The notes under the pieces were generated by a model. The model was not told the DNA's origin. It saw only the letters and a program-made list of their open reading frames with translations, and ran no database searches. Shown in pieces: positions 1 through 11,700 of a DNA stretch of 64,000 nucleotides. The DNA is from Callorhinchus milii (lineage: Eukaryota): the NCBI RefSeq assembly GCF_018977255.1, contig NW_024704742.1, forward strand, positions 33,110,001 to 33,174,000. The letters run 5' to 3'. Both the position numbers and the translations under genes were made by a program. Within the stretch, counting starts at the first letter, position 1. Each line of letters opens with the position of its first letter.

Positions 1-165
1 ACCCAGATAAAATTGGCCATTCACATCCTGGCTCTTTGTGGGACATTGCTGTGTGCAAAGTGGCTGTCACATTCATCTAAAAACAGTCATAACCTTCATA
101 GTTAAATCTTGTAAAGCGCTTTGAGACATCTCAATGACATGTAGAGGCATGATCTAATATGCAGC
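1..165 (+). mobile_element. 3' part of an old Deu-type SINE
   Basis: tttgtgggacattgctgtgtgcaaagtggctg followed by the L2-type tail aaagcgctttgagacatc, shared with the SINE copies downstream. Confidence 0.7.
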
Positions 166-328
166 GTAAAATTATAAATAGGTACTGTGATTCTGATTGT
201 TATGCGGATCATCTCAAGGCAGAGGTGGGTGGAAATTGGTTTGGCTGTCAGAAGCTATCCTGTCAACTCCTGTATCCAGCAGCTAATCGTTTTGATATGT
301 GCATCACCGGCAGTCAGTCTATGGTTGA

Positions 329-585
329 GAGAAAAGAGAAAAATTATAACAGAAGATTTTGTGTTTGTTTTGGATTTCAGTTGAAGTAAATATATTTATA
401 AATAAATATATATTTAAAAAAGTGCGCACAACCTAATTGTGTGTTGAAGAAACGTGCCGTAAACAACAGAAAGTTTTTTGTATCAGGAGAAAAGGGAAAA
501 ATTGTATCAGAAGATGTTGTGTTTGTTTTGGATTTCTGTTATACTCAATATTATATTATAAATAAACATATTTTTTTAAAAAAGG
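329..585 (+). repeat. Diverged direct repeat of ~95 nt (329-423 and 487-585)
   Basis: Both copies read gagaaaag(a/g)gaaaaatt..agaagat..gtgtttgttttggatttc..tataaataaa.atat..aaaaaag. Confidence 0.75.
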
Positions 586-839
586 CAGTCTATGTTCGAG
601 AGACAACACAGGTTCTTATCTTTGCTTCAATGAGAAAAGCATTAAAGTGCTGAGACCAGTGGATTCACATTTATTAAAGCTACACACCTTGCGTTAAAGT
701 TTAACCTCTTATAGTTCCAAACATTTTTTTCTCCAAGAGTGGGAAAAGAGTTCTTGCCATAGCTTTAACTTGTATTCAATATCCCTTTTAAGGTTAAGTG
801 TTTAAAAGAGAACAGCTTTGTCTTGCTGTTATTTTTATA

Positions 840-1135
840 AATGGGTTGATAGCAAGGAATTTTGTCTAGGGTATTGAAATAACTATTGGACAACCAATTT
901 GGGAGCAGTGATAAGTGATGAAAATCAATGTGTATAACTTCAGAATGGAAATTGTGGAGAATCTGCGTATGTGGGCAAAAGTTGGTAGATGCAGTTTGTG
1001 AAGATGAGAAATGTGAAGTTGAAGTTTGTTGTAAAAAAAAGGGTGGTGCGCTTGAGGTATCCGGACAGAAGAGAGATCTTGGAGTATTGGTAAATGAAGT
1101 CGATTGTAGTTTTGGTGCTCAGAAATGGAAACACT
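840..1135 (+). mobile_element. Highly degraded CR1 LINE ORF2 fragment (post-RT region)
   Basis: Remnants such as tgggcaaaagttggtagatgcagttt (W..WQMQF-like), aaatgtgaagtt (KCEV) and agagatcttggagtattggta (RDLGVLV). Confidence 0.55.
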
Positions 1136-1219
1136 AAATGTAGCCTAACAAATATCTTCACAGGTTGGGCATTGCCTCTTTGATCTTGCTTTGTATTTCC
1201 ATTCAATGGATAAGGTCTA

Positions 1220-2000
1220 ACATAACATAACACGTAGGAGCAGAAGTAGGCCATTCGACCCTTCGAGGCTGCCCTGCCATTGAATCATGGCTGATCTTCT
1301 AATCTAACTCCAGCTAATAACCTAACCCTGTCTTATCCCCATAGCCCTTAATACCTTTTGCAATAAGAAATCTATTTATCTCAGTCTTGAATATGTTCAA
1401 GGACTGAGCGTCAACAGCCCTTTGGAGTAGCGAGTTCCATACATTCACCACCCTTTGAGTGAAGACGTTCTTCCTCAACTCAGTGCGAAAGGGCTGGCCT
1501 CTGATTTTAAGGTTGTGACCCCTGGTTTTAAATTCTCCAACCAGGGGAAACAATCTCCCACTATCTACTGTATCATACCCTTTGATGATCTTATAGGTTT
1601 CTAATTTCTTATAGGTCACTTTTTAGTGCTAACAGTTTCCCTAGCACCAATTCTCTACTAATGAAAATTTCCCTAAGTTGCTCCCTGTTCTTATCCCCTT
1701 GGAGCATCTCTATTGTTGGCAGACTTGTTGTGTCTTCTAGGGTGAAGACAGATGCAAAGTACCCATTTAGGGACTCTGCCATGTCCTTATCCCCCCATTA
1801 CAGCTTCTCCCATCTCTTGACTGAAGTGGACCTACATTTACCCTCACTAACCTATTCCTCTTAATGTATTTGTAAAAACTTTTACAATCAGACTTAATGT
1901 TCCTAGCTAGCTTACCCTCATACTCCTTTTTCTCGCTCTTAATGAGTTTTTTAGTTTTTTTTTTGCTGGTTTCTAAAACTCTCCCAATCTTCAGATTTGG
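1220..2000 (-). mobile_element. CR1 LINE: 3' end (1220-1620) joined to an internal ORF2 fragment (1620-2000)
   Basis: ORF 1314..1619 (-) contains TRGHNLKIRGQPFRTELRKNVFTQRVVNVWNSL..IFKTEINRFL, the typical CR1 ORF2 C-terminus. The 3' UTR on the minus strand ends gaatggcctacttctgctcct..ttatgttatgtt. Confidence 0.88.
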
Positions 2001-4031
2001 AAGGGAAGTTCAGGAGCTGATTTCGATTGATCGTGAACTGTTGATGTGAAGGATAAGGAGCTGAGGCTCAGAGATTGAGATCTCAAGGGTTGATAAAATA
2101 TTGGCCATTGCTGCTGATTTTAATCAAACCAGCCTAAAGGTAAAACTTGGATAATAGAGGATCAAGGATATTGGAAGGGAGTTAAGTTTTCTTCTGGGAA
2201 TTGTTTCTTTTTCTCCATTAAAGTAGTGCCACTGGTGTATTGAAATTAAGTTTTCATACCAAATATCTGCTTCTGAAGGCAGTTTTAGGAATGTACCACT
2301 TTACATTGGTAATTTAATCCATATAATCCCTTCTAGCACATTCTGAAATGTGCAAAAATGATTGTTAAGGATGTAACCTTTTTGTAATATTTGTTTCAAG
2401 ATTTAATCTTTTCAGTTTTTAATCTTATTCTTTTGATGATTGCTGCTCTCTTCATTACTAGTGGTCGAAGGAGACTAATTTCTTGGAATAACAGAAGCTG
2501 GTATGTTCACCATATGAAATTACTATGAGTGCAGTGCATTTGTACAATATACCTTGGTTTAGAGTAAAAAACTGCTGTGGTTTTTTGCATTTGAGAGTAT
2601 TTTTCTAATGAAAGTAAGTTCATCTCTGTTGCCTCATCTGATAAATTAAAGCTCTTAGTCCCAGAATCACCCTGTGTGATTTCTGAAGCCTCCCCTATGT
2701 TTCAATATCCCTTTGAAGGTTGGGTGTTCAAAACAGCGCTCAAAGTTTGTAATGTTAATTAACCACTAGTGTTAATTACTGCATAGGTACAACTTTATGA
2801 ACGTACGATATTTAACTTGTCAACTGGTCCTGGGATGTGCAGAATGCAGAGCTCGCATCCCAACATCCTTCTCAATGGTGCATCTGAGTACTCCGTGCCT
2901 AGAAATCAGCATGGATGGTAGTGAATATAGTGGCCCACTGGTATGTGTGGCCTACATGCTTGTGTCGCTGAAGTTTTCTCTCTTGCATGCACTAACATAC
3001 TGTTTGGAGTTTACCTAAATGTCAGTCCTGGTGGAGATCTAAGACTGGCTCATATTTCTTCCTTCAGTGACAAGTTAGTAGTAAAATCCTTATGTAACAC
3101 ATCTGCTGTCAATCATGTGGCCCTAGGGAAAATATCAGATATAAAGTTAATTAATAATAATGCCTCGATTTCTCTGATGTATGTTGCTTTTTTACTAACC
3201 AGTTGCAGTTAAGTTAGACAAGCACGTTCCACCAATAAACGTCAATATAACTGTGGAATAGAAAATGAAATGTTACACTTATTGGCGTAATGTTCTCCAT
3301 GGATCTCATTGAACACTAATCTGGTAAAGCTGTTACAACCTCCAGCAAAAAAAAATCTTGATTCTCTGAAGAAATTAAATTCACAACCTGCAGAAAGGAG
3401 AGGAGTAACACTGTTCTATAGATATAACATCTTAGATTGGATGAAAATCAAAATCATATCAGAAGGGAGGGGATTTAGTGAAAAGCTTGAAAGAGCTAAA
3501 GGAGATCTGTTTTGTTCATTGTCTTTTTTTCTCTCATAACAATATGAACTAATTTAATCTAGGAAAGAACACTGAACATTTTAGTCACCAAATACTGTTC
3601 TATACCAGGCTTCGATGCATCCTGCGCTTAAGCAATGCTAAATACGCATCCATTTCTACAAATTTTAGATTGTAGCTGCTTGTGTAGCATTTGTTTACAT
3701 TATTTACATCACACTGATTTCATAAAATTGAATTCTATTTCCCTTAATCATTTTCGAATGAGAATAGATTAATCTATCATTGCCTCTCTTCACAGTTCAA
3801 TGATTTTAAAACCTAGAATATTTCCACTATGGTGCCTAGTTTTGGAATAGGAATCTGGATTTATATCTCCCAATTTCTTCTGCTAAGTGTTGGGGAGAGC
3901 TCTATACTTGCCCAACTAAATGATTAAGACATCCTCCTGAAGCGTAAGACATTATATAACTGTAAATTGTATTGCGAAATTGTACTGTATAAGCAGACTT
4001 CTGTAACTGAATTAATATAGTATTAATTGTA

Positions 4032-4350
4032 GACTCCTGTAGCTTAGTGGCTAGAGCACTTGGCTTCGCAAGCAAGAGGACCTGGGTTTGATTCCTGGGC
4101 AGGGCAAAACGTTGGGCAAATTTCCTTACTCCACACGCCTAATAATAATCCCTCCAAAAACAAAACAATAATAAATTGGTCATTTTCAATCCACGACTAT
4201 CTGCGGGACACTGCTGTGTGCAATTGGCTGCCGCGTTTCGCCCACAAAACGTATAGTCAATTCACTTAACAGTTTATTCTGTGAAGCGCTTTGAGATGCC
4301 TCGAAGACGTGATAGAGTGCTTTTTCAAATGCAAGGATTATTATTATTAT
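4032..4350 (+). mobile_element. Full-length tRNA-derived SINE (short subfamily) with L2-type tail and (TTA)n
   Basis: A-box-like tagcttagtgg, B-box-like gtttgattcc, body collinear with the copies at 40330 and 55163, tail aaatgcaaggattattattattat. Confidence 0.9.
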
Positions 4351-4969
4351 CTCTGGATAAAATTTGTTGCATTCCCCATTTACTGTCTACTTCCTTTTGC
4401 TGAACTGGATTTGAACCCAGCTGGCTAATTATTCGTTATTTCCATGGTTATTGACCTTTTCTAAAAAACACACGTGGGACTTCATCAAATGCGTTCTGAG
4501 CACCTAATTTAAATTGTGCCCGCTGGACAGCCTAGATTGACTCACTTAGATGCTTCTTCAAAGAATTCCAGTAGATTAGTTCAGCATGGCCTGTTGCTTC
4601 TGAAATCATGCTGATTGCACTTCTCGTATGTAAAATAATATGAAGGCTTAGTTTAATAATACCTGAGGAACATATACATTGGTCACTTGTTTCCTTCAAT
4701 CACTAATAATTTCTGTCTGACAAATATAGTTTTTCTCAGCATCTTTATTTCCCTTATTAAATGAACAGAATGCTGGTTAGTCTAAATATTAATTTTGAAG
4801 ATATTTGATGGGGGTATCAATTATCTTAACTGACATGATATCTGGCAATTTATTTCAAATTTTAGCCAACTTGACTTGCTTGTTGCTCTTGATGCCAGTA
4901 CAAAATTAAACATTTCCCAGCAGATTTGATAAGTATGTTTATCAATTATAATTAAAATACCCCTTGCAT

Positions 4970-5135
4970 TTGTTATAGAGCCTTTCATGTTGGGAGAACA
5001 TCTCAAAGCGTTTCACTGTGAAGTGTAGTGCAGTAGCCAGTTTGTGCACAGCAGTGTCCCACAAATGGCCATGAAGTGAATAACCAATTTTATTGAGCTA
5101 TTGCTGGCCAGGACACTGGGGAAACCTCCCTTCAT
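4970..5135 (-). mobile_element. Old Deu-type SINE fragment
   Basis: Reverse complement of the tail and Deu 3' segment: catctcaaagcg..gtgcacagcagtgtcccacaaa..tggccaggacactggggaaacctccc. Confidence 0.65.
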
Positions 5136-6130
5136 AGGGCAAGTAGCCTGTAAAAAAGATGAAACTGCATGAGTATAAAATGCCAGTGACTTATTACAAA
5201 ACTAAAGCTGTGTTATTGTCTATGCATTTGTCTTTGCTTAATTAAAAAAAAATAATAATATTCTGTACAATTTGCCAAGAACACGTCTCAAAGTGTCTCG
5301 CAGGATATACTATAAAATATAGTGACTGTGTGTTTTGTGGGCAAACATGGACATTACCACCAATGTGCATCCTTTATCGGAATCTGAATATCCATTTTGT
5401 GATGAGGGCTCTTTTCAATCCCTTCTTTGAGAATCTTTGTTTTTTATAACAAATAATGTTTGTCATTTAGTTTGCTTTTACCTTCTGATGACAATAAACA
5501 ATAACACTGCCTACTTTGATAGAGAACTCTTCAAAACTGCAATCTTTCCCTCAGGTGGTGATGAATTTTTGATTAAAAAAAAAACTAGGTTTAAAAACGA
5601 CAACTTAGTCTGCGCATGTCTGGTAACTGATCATAAGATTATTGCCTACAGAATGGCTAACAATCATTAGATGACCTCTCTGAAAGCAATTTGCCTTAAT
5701 CTATGCTCTATGCACTTGAAACAACAGTCAGATTTTGCAGATTGTTCTTGAAATATAAGATGTCGACCTATTTCTACCAAAGAACATAAACTACTAAACA
5801 TTATCGTTTGTGCTTCAGACATTCATAAATATGGTAATGGTTTCTAAGTGCTGTGTTGTCCATTTAATGCTGCGTTTACACTGTTGGGAAGGAAATTACT
5901 TATCCTCCAGCAGTTACATTGCATTTTAATCAAAGACAAACGAAAAGTGCAATTTTTGTCATTTGTCCATCTCCTTTGTTATTAAAATGAATTGTTTTCC
6001 CCTTCTTCTGTTTTTATTGGCTTACTCTTGTAAGTAATTAAAAAAGGTGCAATCGTCAGGGGATGTTTGTTGTGTGGGCAGCTGGATTCAGTATCCCTGG
6101 CTCCATGCCATAAGTAAAGCACCAAAGGGT

Positions 6131-6360
6131 TGGGGTCAATTTCTAGGGCACCTGGTCACTGCTGACAACACTTCCTTTATTCTGCTACATGCAAGCAGTG
6201 GGACAGGGGTCACTTCCTTTGCAGAGTGACATCAGCTGTGCTTATTGCACATAATTTCCTGCATATTATGCTCATGTACAAAGCACAGGAAATTATGTTA
6301 GGAGCAACCTGTTGACCCAGAAGTTGGCCTTTCTTTGTTTAGTGCAGAAAAATGGCTCGG
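6131..6360. repeat. Palindromic, MITE-like element with internal hairpin
   Basis: Perfect 13-bp inverted repeat ACATAATTTCCTG (6249-6261) / CAGGAAATTATGT (6286-6298). Imperfect outer arms ggtcaatttct / agaagttggcc. Motifs are shared with 49680-50070. Confidence 0.45.
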
Positions 6361-6622
6361 ACGGAACAGAAGCAAAAGTGAACTACACTTCTGGTCAGAG
6401 TGGGTCTATAGTAGTAGATTATTATTATTATATGGCGGGCCTGGACTAAACAGTATAAGTGAGGCAACACCGCACTAAAGAGCACCAGAATGAGATTCCT
6501 GTGTATGTGCTATGAATAAACCATTTTTCAAAGCAGTCAATGGAGGCAGAGACTGATTTGACACGTGGTTCTTCCCACTCAGCTCACGTTAATCCTGGTT
6601 AAAGGGGAGAGTGGTTCAAACT

Positions 6623-6704
6623 GGTTCTAGATTAGGCTCCAACAGTACCTGAACGCACAATCCGGGGTCCTCAAGCTTTGGTTCTTGCCAACCTGCGCCT
6701 AATA
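6623..6704 (+). repeat. Unclassified ~490-nt repeat family, short internal fragment
   Basis: ctccaacagtacctgaacgcacaatccggggtcctcaagctttggttcttgccaacctgcgcctaata aligns with the middle of the copies at 8424, 14401 and 27495. Confidence 0.7.
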
Positions 6705-6868
6705 TTGTTGAGCATAGTGACTGTGTATTGTAGGTGAACATTGCAGCCAACTAATACACCGTAGTGTCTCTCAAATAGCCATCAGATAAATAACCCGTTT
6801 TATTTGAAGGATTATTAGCCAGAACACTAAGAGAAACTACTTTCTATTTTTGAATAGTGACATGGGTC

Positions 6869-7848
6869 CAACAACAACTTGCATTTATATAGCACCTTTC
6901 ATGTGGGGTAGCATCCTGGAACATCTCCTCTCCAAGCCAGAGGGAGAGGGAGTGGTGAGGTGACTGTAAGCACAGTAAAAAGGAAGGTCTTAAGGCAGGA
7001 TTTGAAAGTAGGGAGGGGGCAAAGCCGATGGATTGAGGGAGAGAATTCCTGAGTTTCGGGGCGCATAGGCTGAAGGTACCGATGGTGGAGTGGAGAGGTC
7101 AAGGGACAAACAGGAGGGCGGAGGCAGCGGGTGGGGGTGTGGGGGTAAGCAGATCAGATAGGTGTGAGGGCATGAAGCAATTTGAAAACGAGTGAGAGGA
7201 TCTTGAAATCGATCCGTTCAGTAATTCGGAGCCAGTGGAGCCTTGCAAGGACTGGTGTGATGGGGGTATGGAGTTTTGTGGGGGTGAGTATCCGGGCAGT
7301 GGAGTTTTGAATTAATTGAATTTTATATATGGTGGAGTTGCGGAGACCAGCGAGGAGGGCATTGGAATTGTCCAGCCAGGAAGTGTCGAAGGCGTGGATG
7401 AGGATTTCAGTTGCATTGGTTGTCAAGTACGGACGGAGGCAGGCAATGTGACAGGGGTGGAAAAAAGCCTGGTCAGGGAACGGATGTGTGGAAGAAAGGA
7501 AAGCTGGGGATCGAACCTGGCGCCTAGGTTGCGCAAGGGTGCAGTGAGTCTGAGGGAGAGCCTGGGGAGGTTGAGGCATTCAGACCCACAGGAGAGAAGA
7601 TGTTGAGGGGAGCCAAAGAGTATGGCTTCCATCTTGCCAACACTCAGCTGCAGGAAATTTGAGCTCATCCAGGCCTTGATGTCTGTCAAACAAGCTGACA
7701 GGACATCAGCAGACTGGGAATTGTAGCTGGAGGGGGAGAAGTAAGATTTGTATGTCATCCACATACATGTGGAAGTTGACCCCATGTCTGTGGATGACAT
7801 CGCCGAGAAGGAGCATGTAGATAAGGAAAAGAAGAGGCCCCAAGGGTC
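6869..7848 (-). mobile_element. 5'-truncated L2-clade LINE (RT C-terminal half to 3' tail), frameshifted
   Basis: Minus-strand peptides LTDIKAWMSSNFLQLSVGKMEAILFG, RNLGARFDPQLSF, LIHAFDTSWLDNSNALLAG and LARLHWLRITERIDFKIL. Tail aaggtgctatataaatgcaagttgttgttg. Confidence 0.92.
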
Positions 7849-8226
7849 AAGCCTCTCCATGGCCTTGCCCCCTCCTATCTTTCTGACCTGCTAACCCCCT
7901 ATCAACCTGTCCCCGCCCTCCGTTCAGCAGGCCTGCTCCATATCTCCCCCCCAATCCACTTACCATTGGCAGCCAGGCTTTCAGCCTCTTTGCCCCCACC
8001 TTTTGGAACTCCATCCCACAATCCCTTCGCCTTGCTCCCTCTCTTGCCTCCTTCAAGGCACGACTCAAGACCAACCTTTTTGACCGTGTCTTCAGCCGCC
8101 CTCTTACCCCGTCTGCCCTCCTTCATCCCAACCCCCCACACTCGGTCCTGATCCCTGATTGTTCAGTGTCTTGGGACGGCCTCCCGACATGAAAGGCACT
8201 TTACAAATGTAATTTTGTTGTAGTTG
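7849..8226 (+). mobile_element. L2 LINE 3' end
   Basis: LHGLAPSYL-like start and a pyrimidine-rich 3' UTR. Tail cttgggacggcctcccgacatgaaaggcactttacaaatgtaattttgttg. Closely similar to 28850-29238. Confidence 0.88.
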
Positions 8227-8378
8227 CATATTAGCCAAACCGTGAGCTCAAAATCTCTGACACGAGACTTGAACCACAATTTTCTGACCCAGAGGCAAGA
8301 GTGCTCCAGACTGAGCCTGGCTGACACCTAATTAAAGCTGATGTAATGTAATTAAAGCCACTTGTAATTGTTTTCATA

Positions 8379-9125
8379 CATGGCACTTAGCATTGTTACA
8401 TTTATACATGGTTTACACATGCCACTTCTGTGGCAGTCTTGGTAGTCCGATTCCTCAGCCAGGCAGGTTTGCAGTACTCCAAGGCACTGCTGATGTTACT
8501 ATAGCCAGGGTGGCTCATCAGCAGGACTTGGAAGGGCAGCCCAGTCATTGGGGGAGAGTGTCATTCCATTTAGCTCCCATCAACTCTGCAACCAAAGCCC
8601 TAACTGGTAGGATAAGCAGTGGAAAAGCTTGCCAGGCAGTGCTATCAATGGCAAGCTACGCAGTTTTAGTTGGTTGGACTCTAGCAGTTACCCCAACACA
8701 CTTTGGAGTCCCCAAGCCTTGGCTCTTGTCAACCTGTGCCTAGTACTTTCTAGAATTAAGTAAGCAGAATGCATCCCTCCAGGGAGAGTGAACATTCCAT
8801 TCAAATATTCATGTGTAGGTGGGATGCATGAAACTCTGTTTGGTTTGGATACTCTTAAGCATGATGATGGGTTTCCGCATGTGTCAGATCCCAAAAAAGC
8901 ACAAGACACTGTTAAATTTATTTACGGTTTGCACATGACACAAAGCATTGTTACATTCGTACATGGTTTATACATAGCACAAAAGCCATTGTTATATTTG
9001 TATATGGTTTACACATGGCACATAGCACTGCTAGATTTATATATGATTTACACATAGCACAAAGATCTGTTACATTGATGCCACATAGCATTCTTACATT
9101 CATATTTGGTTTACATGTGATACAT
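8379..9125 (+). repeat. Degenerate ~39-nt minisatellite interrupted by an inserted element
   Basis: Unit approximately gcacatagcattgttacatttatatatggtttacacatg. One unit lies at ~8379-8423 and about six more at 8899-9125. Confidence 0.75.
8424..8898 (+). mobile_element. Unclassified ~490-nt A-tailed repeat, near-full-length copy
   Basis: Collinear with the copies at 14401, 17968 (-), 27495, 42347 and 43946. Ends gtgtcagatcccaaaaaa. Confidence 0.85.
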
Positions 9126-9252
9126 AATAGGCCGGGCGTTGTACTTCAAAATGGTAGTCTCATGAGGGGTGTAATTGTTCCTTTGCTCAAAAGACTCAAT
9201 AATCCCAATACGTGAAATAGATGATTTAGCAATTGAGAGAGATTAAAACTGA

Positions 9253-9528
<276 letters not shown>

Positions 9529-10634
9529 TAATTAATTACAAGTTGTGTGTCAATAGAACCAATCATGTGAACAATGCGCACACGTGTTTTTTAGCAAATA
9601 ATAATTCCAATTCCAAGATTTGTTCCCACTTTCAGGTTCTACTCCCCTTTACTTAGCACAAACTGGAAGCAGTGCTTGAGATCCAATTCTGGGGCTCTCA
9701 GTGCAGCTTGACTTGTTCGTCTATATTTGAATCTCTTTCCTTTCCCTGCGATGAAGCCCTTTGCTTCTGCCTTGTATTATATTGCGCGATTCTGCTAAAA
9801 GCAAAATCATGATTGGAAATTTGGTATGGAATCACATCCATGAACATGTACATGAGCATTTTCGTGCCTTGGGACATCGCCCTGACATGAAAGGTGCTAT
9901 ATAAACTTAATTGGTTGTTATGTTTGTTAGATGCCAGAAGTTTACTGGTTCCTGTTGAATCTTTACTCCCAGATTAAGTCACTCCTTCAAAAAAGGAAAA
10001 AAGTTAGAACAAAATAGGAGGTGATGATTTGTATGATTATTGTTTAAGTATGAATGTAATGTTCAATTTAAAATATCCAGGTCTCCACTCTTCCGGTGAT
10101 GTAACATCCAAAATATCTTACAATAATACCAATGATCCCAGTAACATCAAATATCATTGAAGGCAATGTTCAAACCTAAACGCATTTTATCTCTATTTCC
10201 TGCCATTTTACCCATATCCATTGCTTCCCTTAACTAGGCCAATAGTTTTGTGTAACATCCTCAGCATGGATGTTTATTCTGCTTTAATCTTCTTCCCACT
10301 GAACATGTCTGAATCTGATGTAGTCATAAGGCTGAGCTAGTCTGTTTAGGTTAGCCTTGTTTCTTCGACTGACCAGTTGAGCTCTTTTTAAAAATGCTAA
10401 TTTTATTCAGAATGATGTTGCGTGTCTCAAGATTCACTGTCTGGAAAGAGGCAGGAACCTAATAATTTATAAGTCCCCAGCACATCCCAGATGGCAGCAC
10501 GGAGGCCATATTTGAACCTTGAGAAGTGCTCGTCTTGACATAATTCACACTTATCACTGTAATTACTGTCATCACAGCAGCAGAGTGTTCTTAAAAAAGA
10601 TTGCAACATCCATTCCAAATTGGGTTAGAGCCTA

Positions 10635-10740
10635 CACTGAAATACAAGCAGGAAATGCTGGAGGTGCACAGCAGGTTGACCGGCATCCAAAACAGAGAGA
10701 CATTTTGGCTCAGAGTCTTCATCCATCATAACTGGAGCAA
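10635..10740 (-). mobile_element. Degraded Penelope-like terminal fragment
   Basis: The reverse complement ccagttatgatggatgaagactctgagcc..gatgccggtcaacctgctgtgcacctccagcatttcctgcttgtatttcag resembles 52785-52900. Confidence 0.5.
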
Positions 10741-10804
10741 TTAGTTTGAAGAGGGTTGAGGAAGGCAAGTGGAGCACAACCAGGCAAACGAGATGTTACA
10801 TCTC

Positions 10805-10902
10805 GTCCACAAAATATACAGTATATGCTGTGAAGCGCTTTGAGACATCTAGAAGGCGTGATAAGGCGCTATATCAAATGCAAGGATTATTATTATTATT
10901 AT
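10805..10902 (+). mobile_element. 5'-truncated tRNA-SINE (3' ~100 nt only)
   Basis: ccacaaaatatacagt..gtgaagcgctttgagacatctagaaggcgtgataaggcgctatatcaaatgcaaggattattattatt. Confidence 0.85.
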
Positions 10903-11169
10903 GAGGAAGACAATATTATGAATTTCAAACCTCCATATCCACATTAAGCAAATGGCTCGCATATTACTAATTCTATTAACATATTGACATTGAGATGCTT
11001 TCATAAGCTAGTGTAAGAAATCTTTTAGTGTTGCATAAACATTCTTAGGTATTTTGAAAATGAGTCGACTCCTCACTGTTTTGAAATCGAACCTCAATTA
11101 TTTTTTCTTGTGAATCTGTGAAACTTAATATTTCTTTGTCTTCTCTCACACATGAAATACAATCGCTGT

Positions 11170-11700
11170 TTGCATCCAGGCTTTACTAAGTCAACTCTCC
11201 GCTCACTGGACTGTCCAACCCTTTCCTACACAACCTGCGGACTATCCAGAACTCTGCAGAAATTGTCATTCCTCGCACTAGCTCTGCATTTTATCACTCC
11301 CATCCTTGCTTGGCTCCATTTACGCCCCCCCCCCCATCCCTCAGTTGATCAGGTTCAAGATCTTTGTCCTCACCTTTAAATCCCTCCACTGTCTCACCCC
11401 ACCCTATATCTGTGACCTTCTCAAATTATACAGACCCAGATGCTCAGCAGGTACCAGCCTGCTTCATGTCCCCCAAGCCCGCGATTGGCTTTCAATCTAT
11501 TTGCCTCCACTTCTTTGGAACTTCATCCTAGAGTTCCACTGACTCACTCTCTCCCTCATCTCTGACCATGCTTTCAGCCATCCTTCCCCTCCCCAACCTA
11601 CTCAGTTTGCACCCCAGCTTGTGTGCCCAGCCAGTACTGTTAAGCACCTGGGATACTCTCCCGATGCAAAATATCAATGTAAATTTATTTATTGCCTTAT
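11170..11700 (+). mobile_element. Degraded L2 3' fragment
   Basis: ITPILAWLH and IRFKIFVLTFKSLHCLTPPYICDLL match the L2 ORF2 C-terminus seen intact at 54035-54685. Confidence 0.75.

Noticed and set aside
6869..8226. Twin-priming inversion of a single L2
   Set aside because: Both halves carry their own 3' tails and cover overlapping parts of the element, so they are two insertions.
8440..8540. HDV-like or hammerhead ribozyme at the 5' end of the unknown repeat (ttcctcag loop; CTGATGA on the minus strand at ~18387-18393)
   Set aside because: I could not build a P1/P3/P1.1/J4-2 fold consistent across copies. The CTGATGA pairs with a downstream TCATCAG in a simple hairpin and has no properly placed GAAA.
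8424..8898. Retrocopy of telomerase RNA, 7SK, RNase P/MRP or 7SL
   Set aside because: The size is compatible, but I see no CTAACCCTAA template, H/ACA end or other diagnostic motifs. An Rfam search is needed to exclude this formally.
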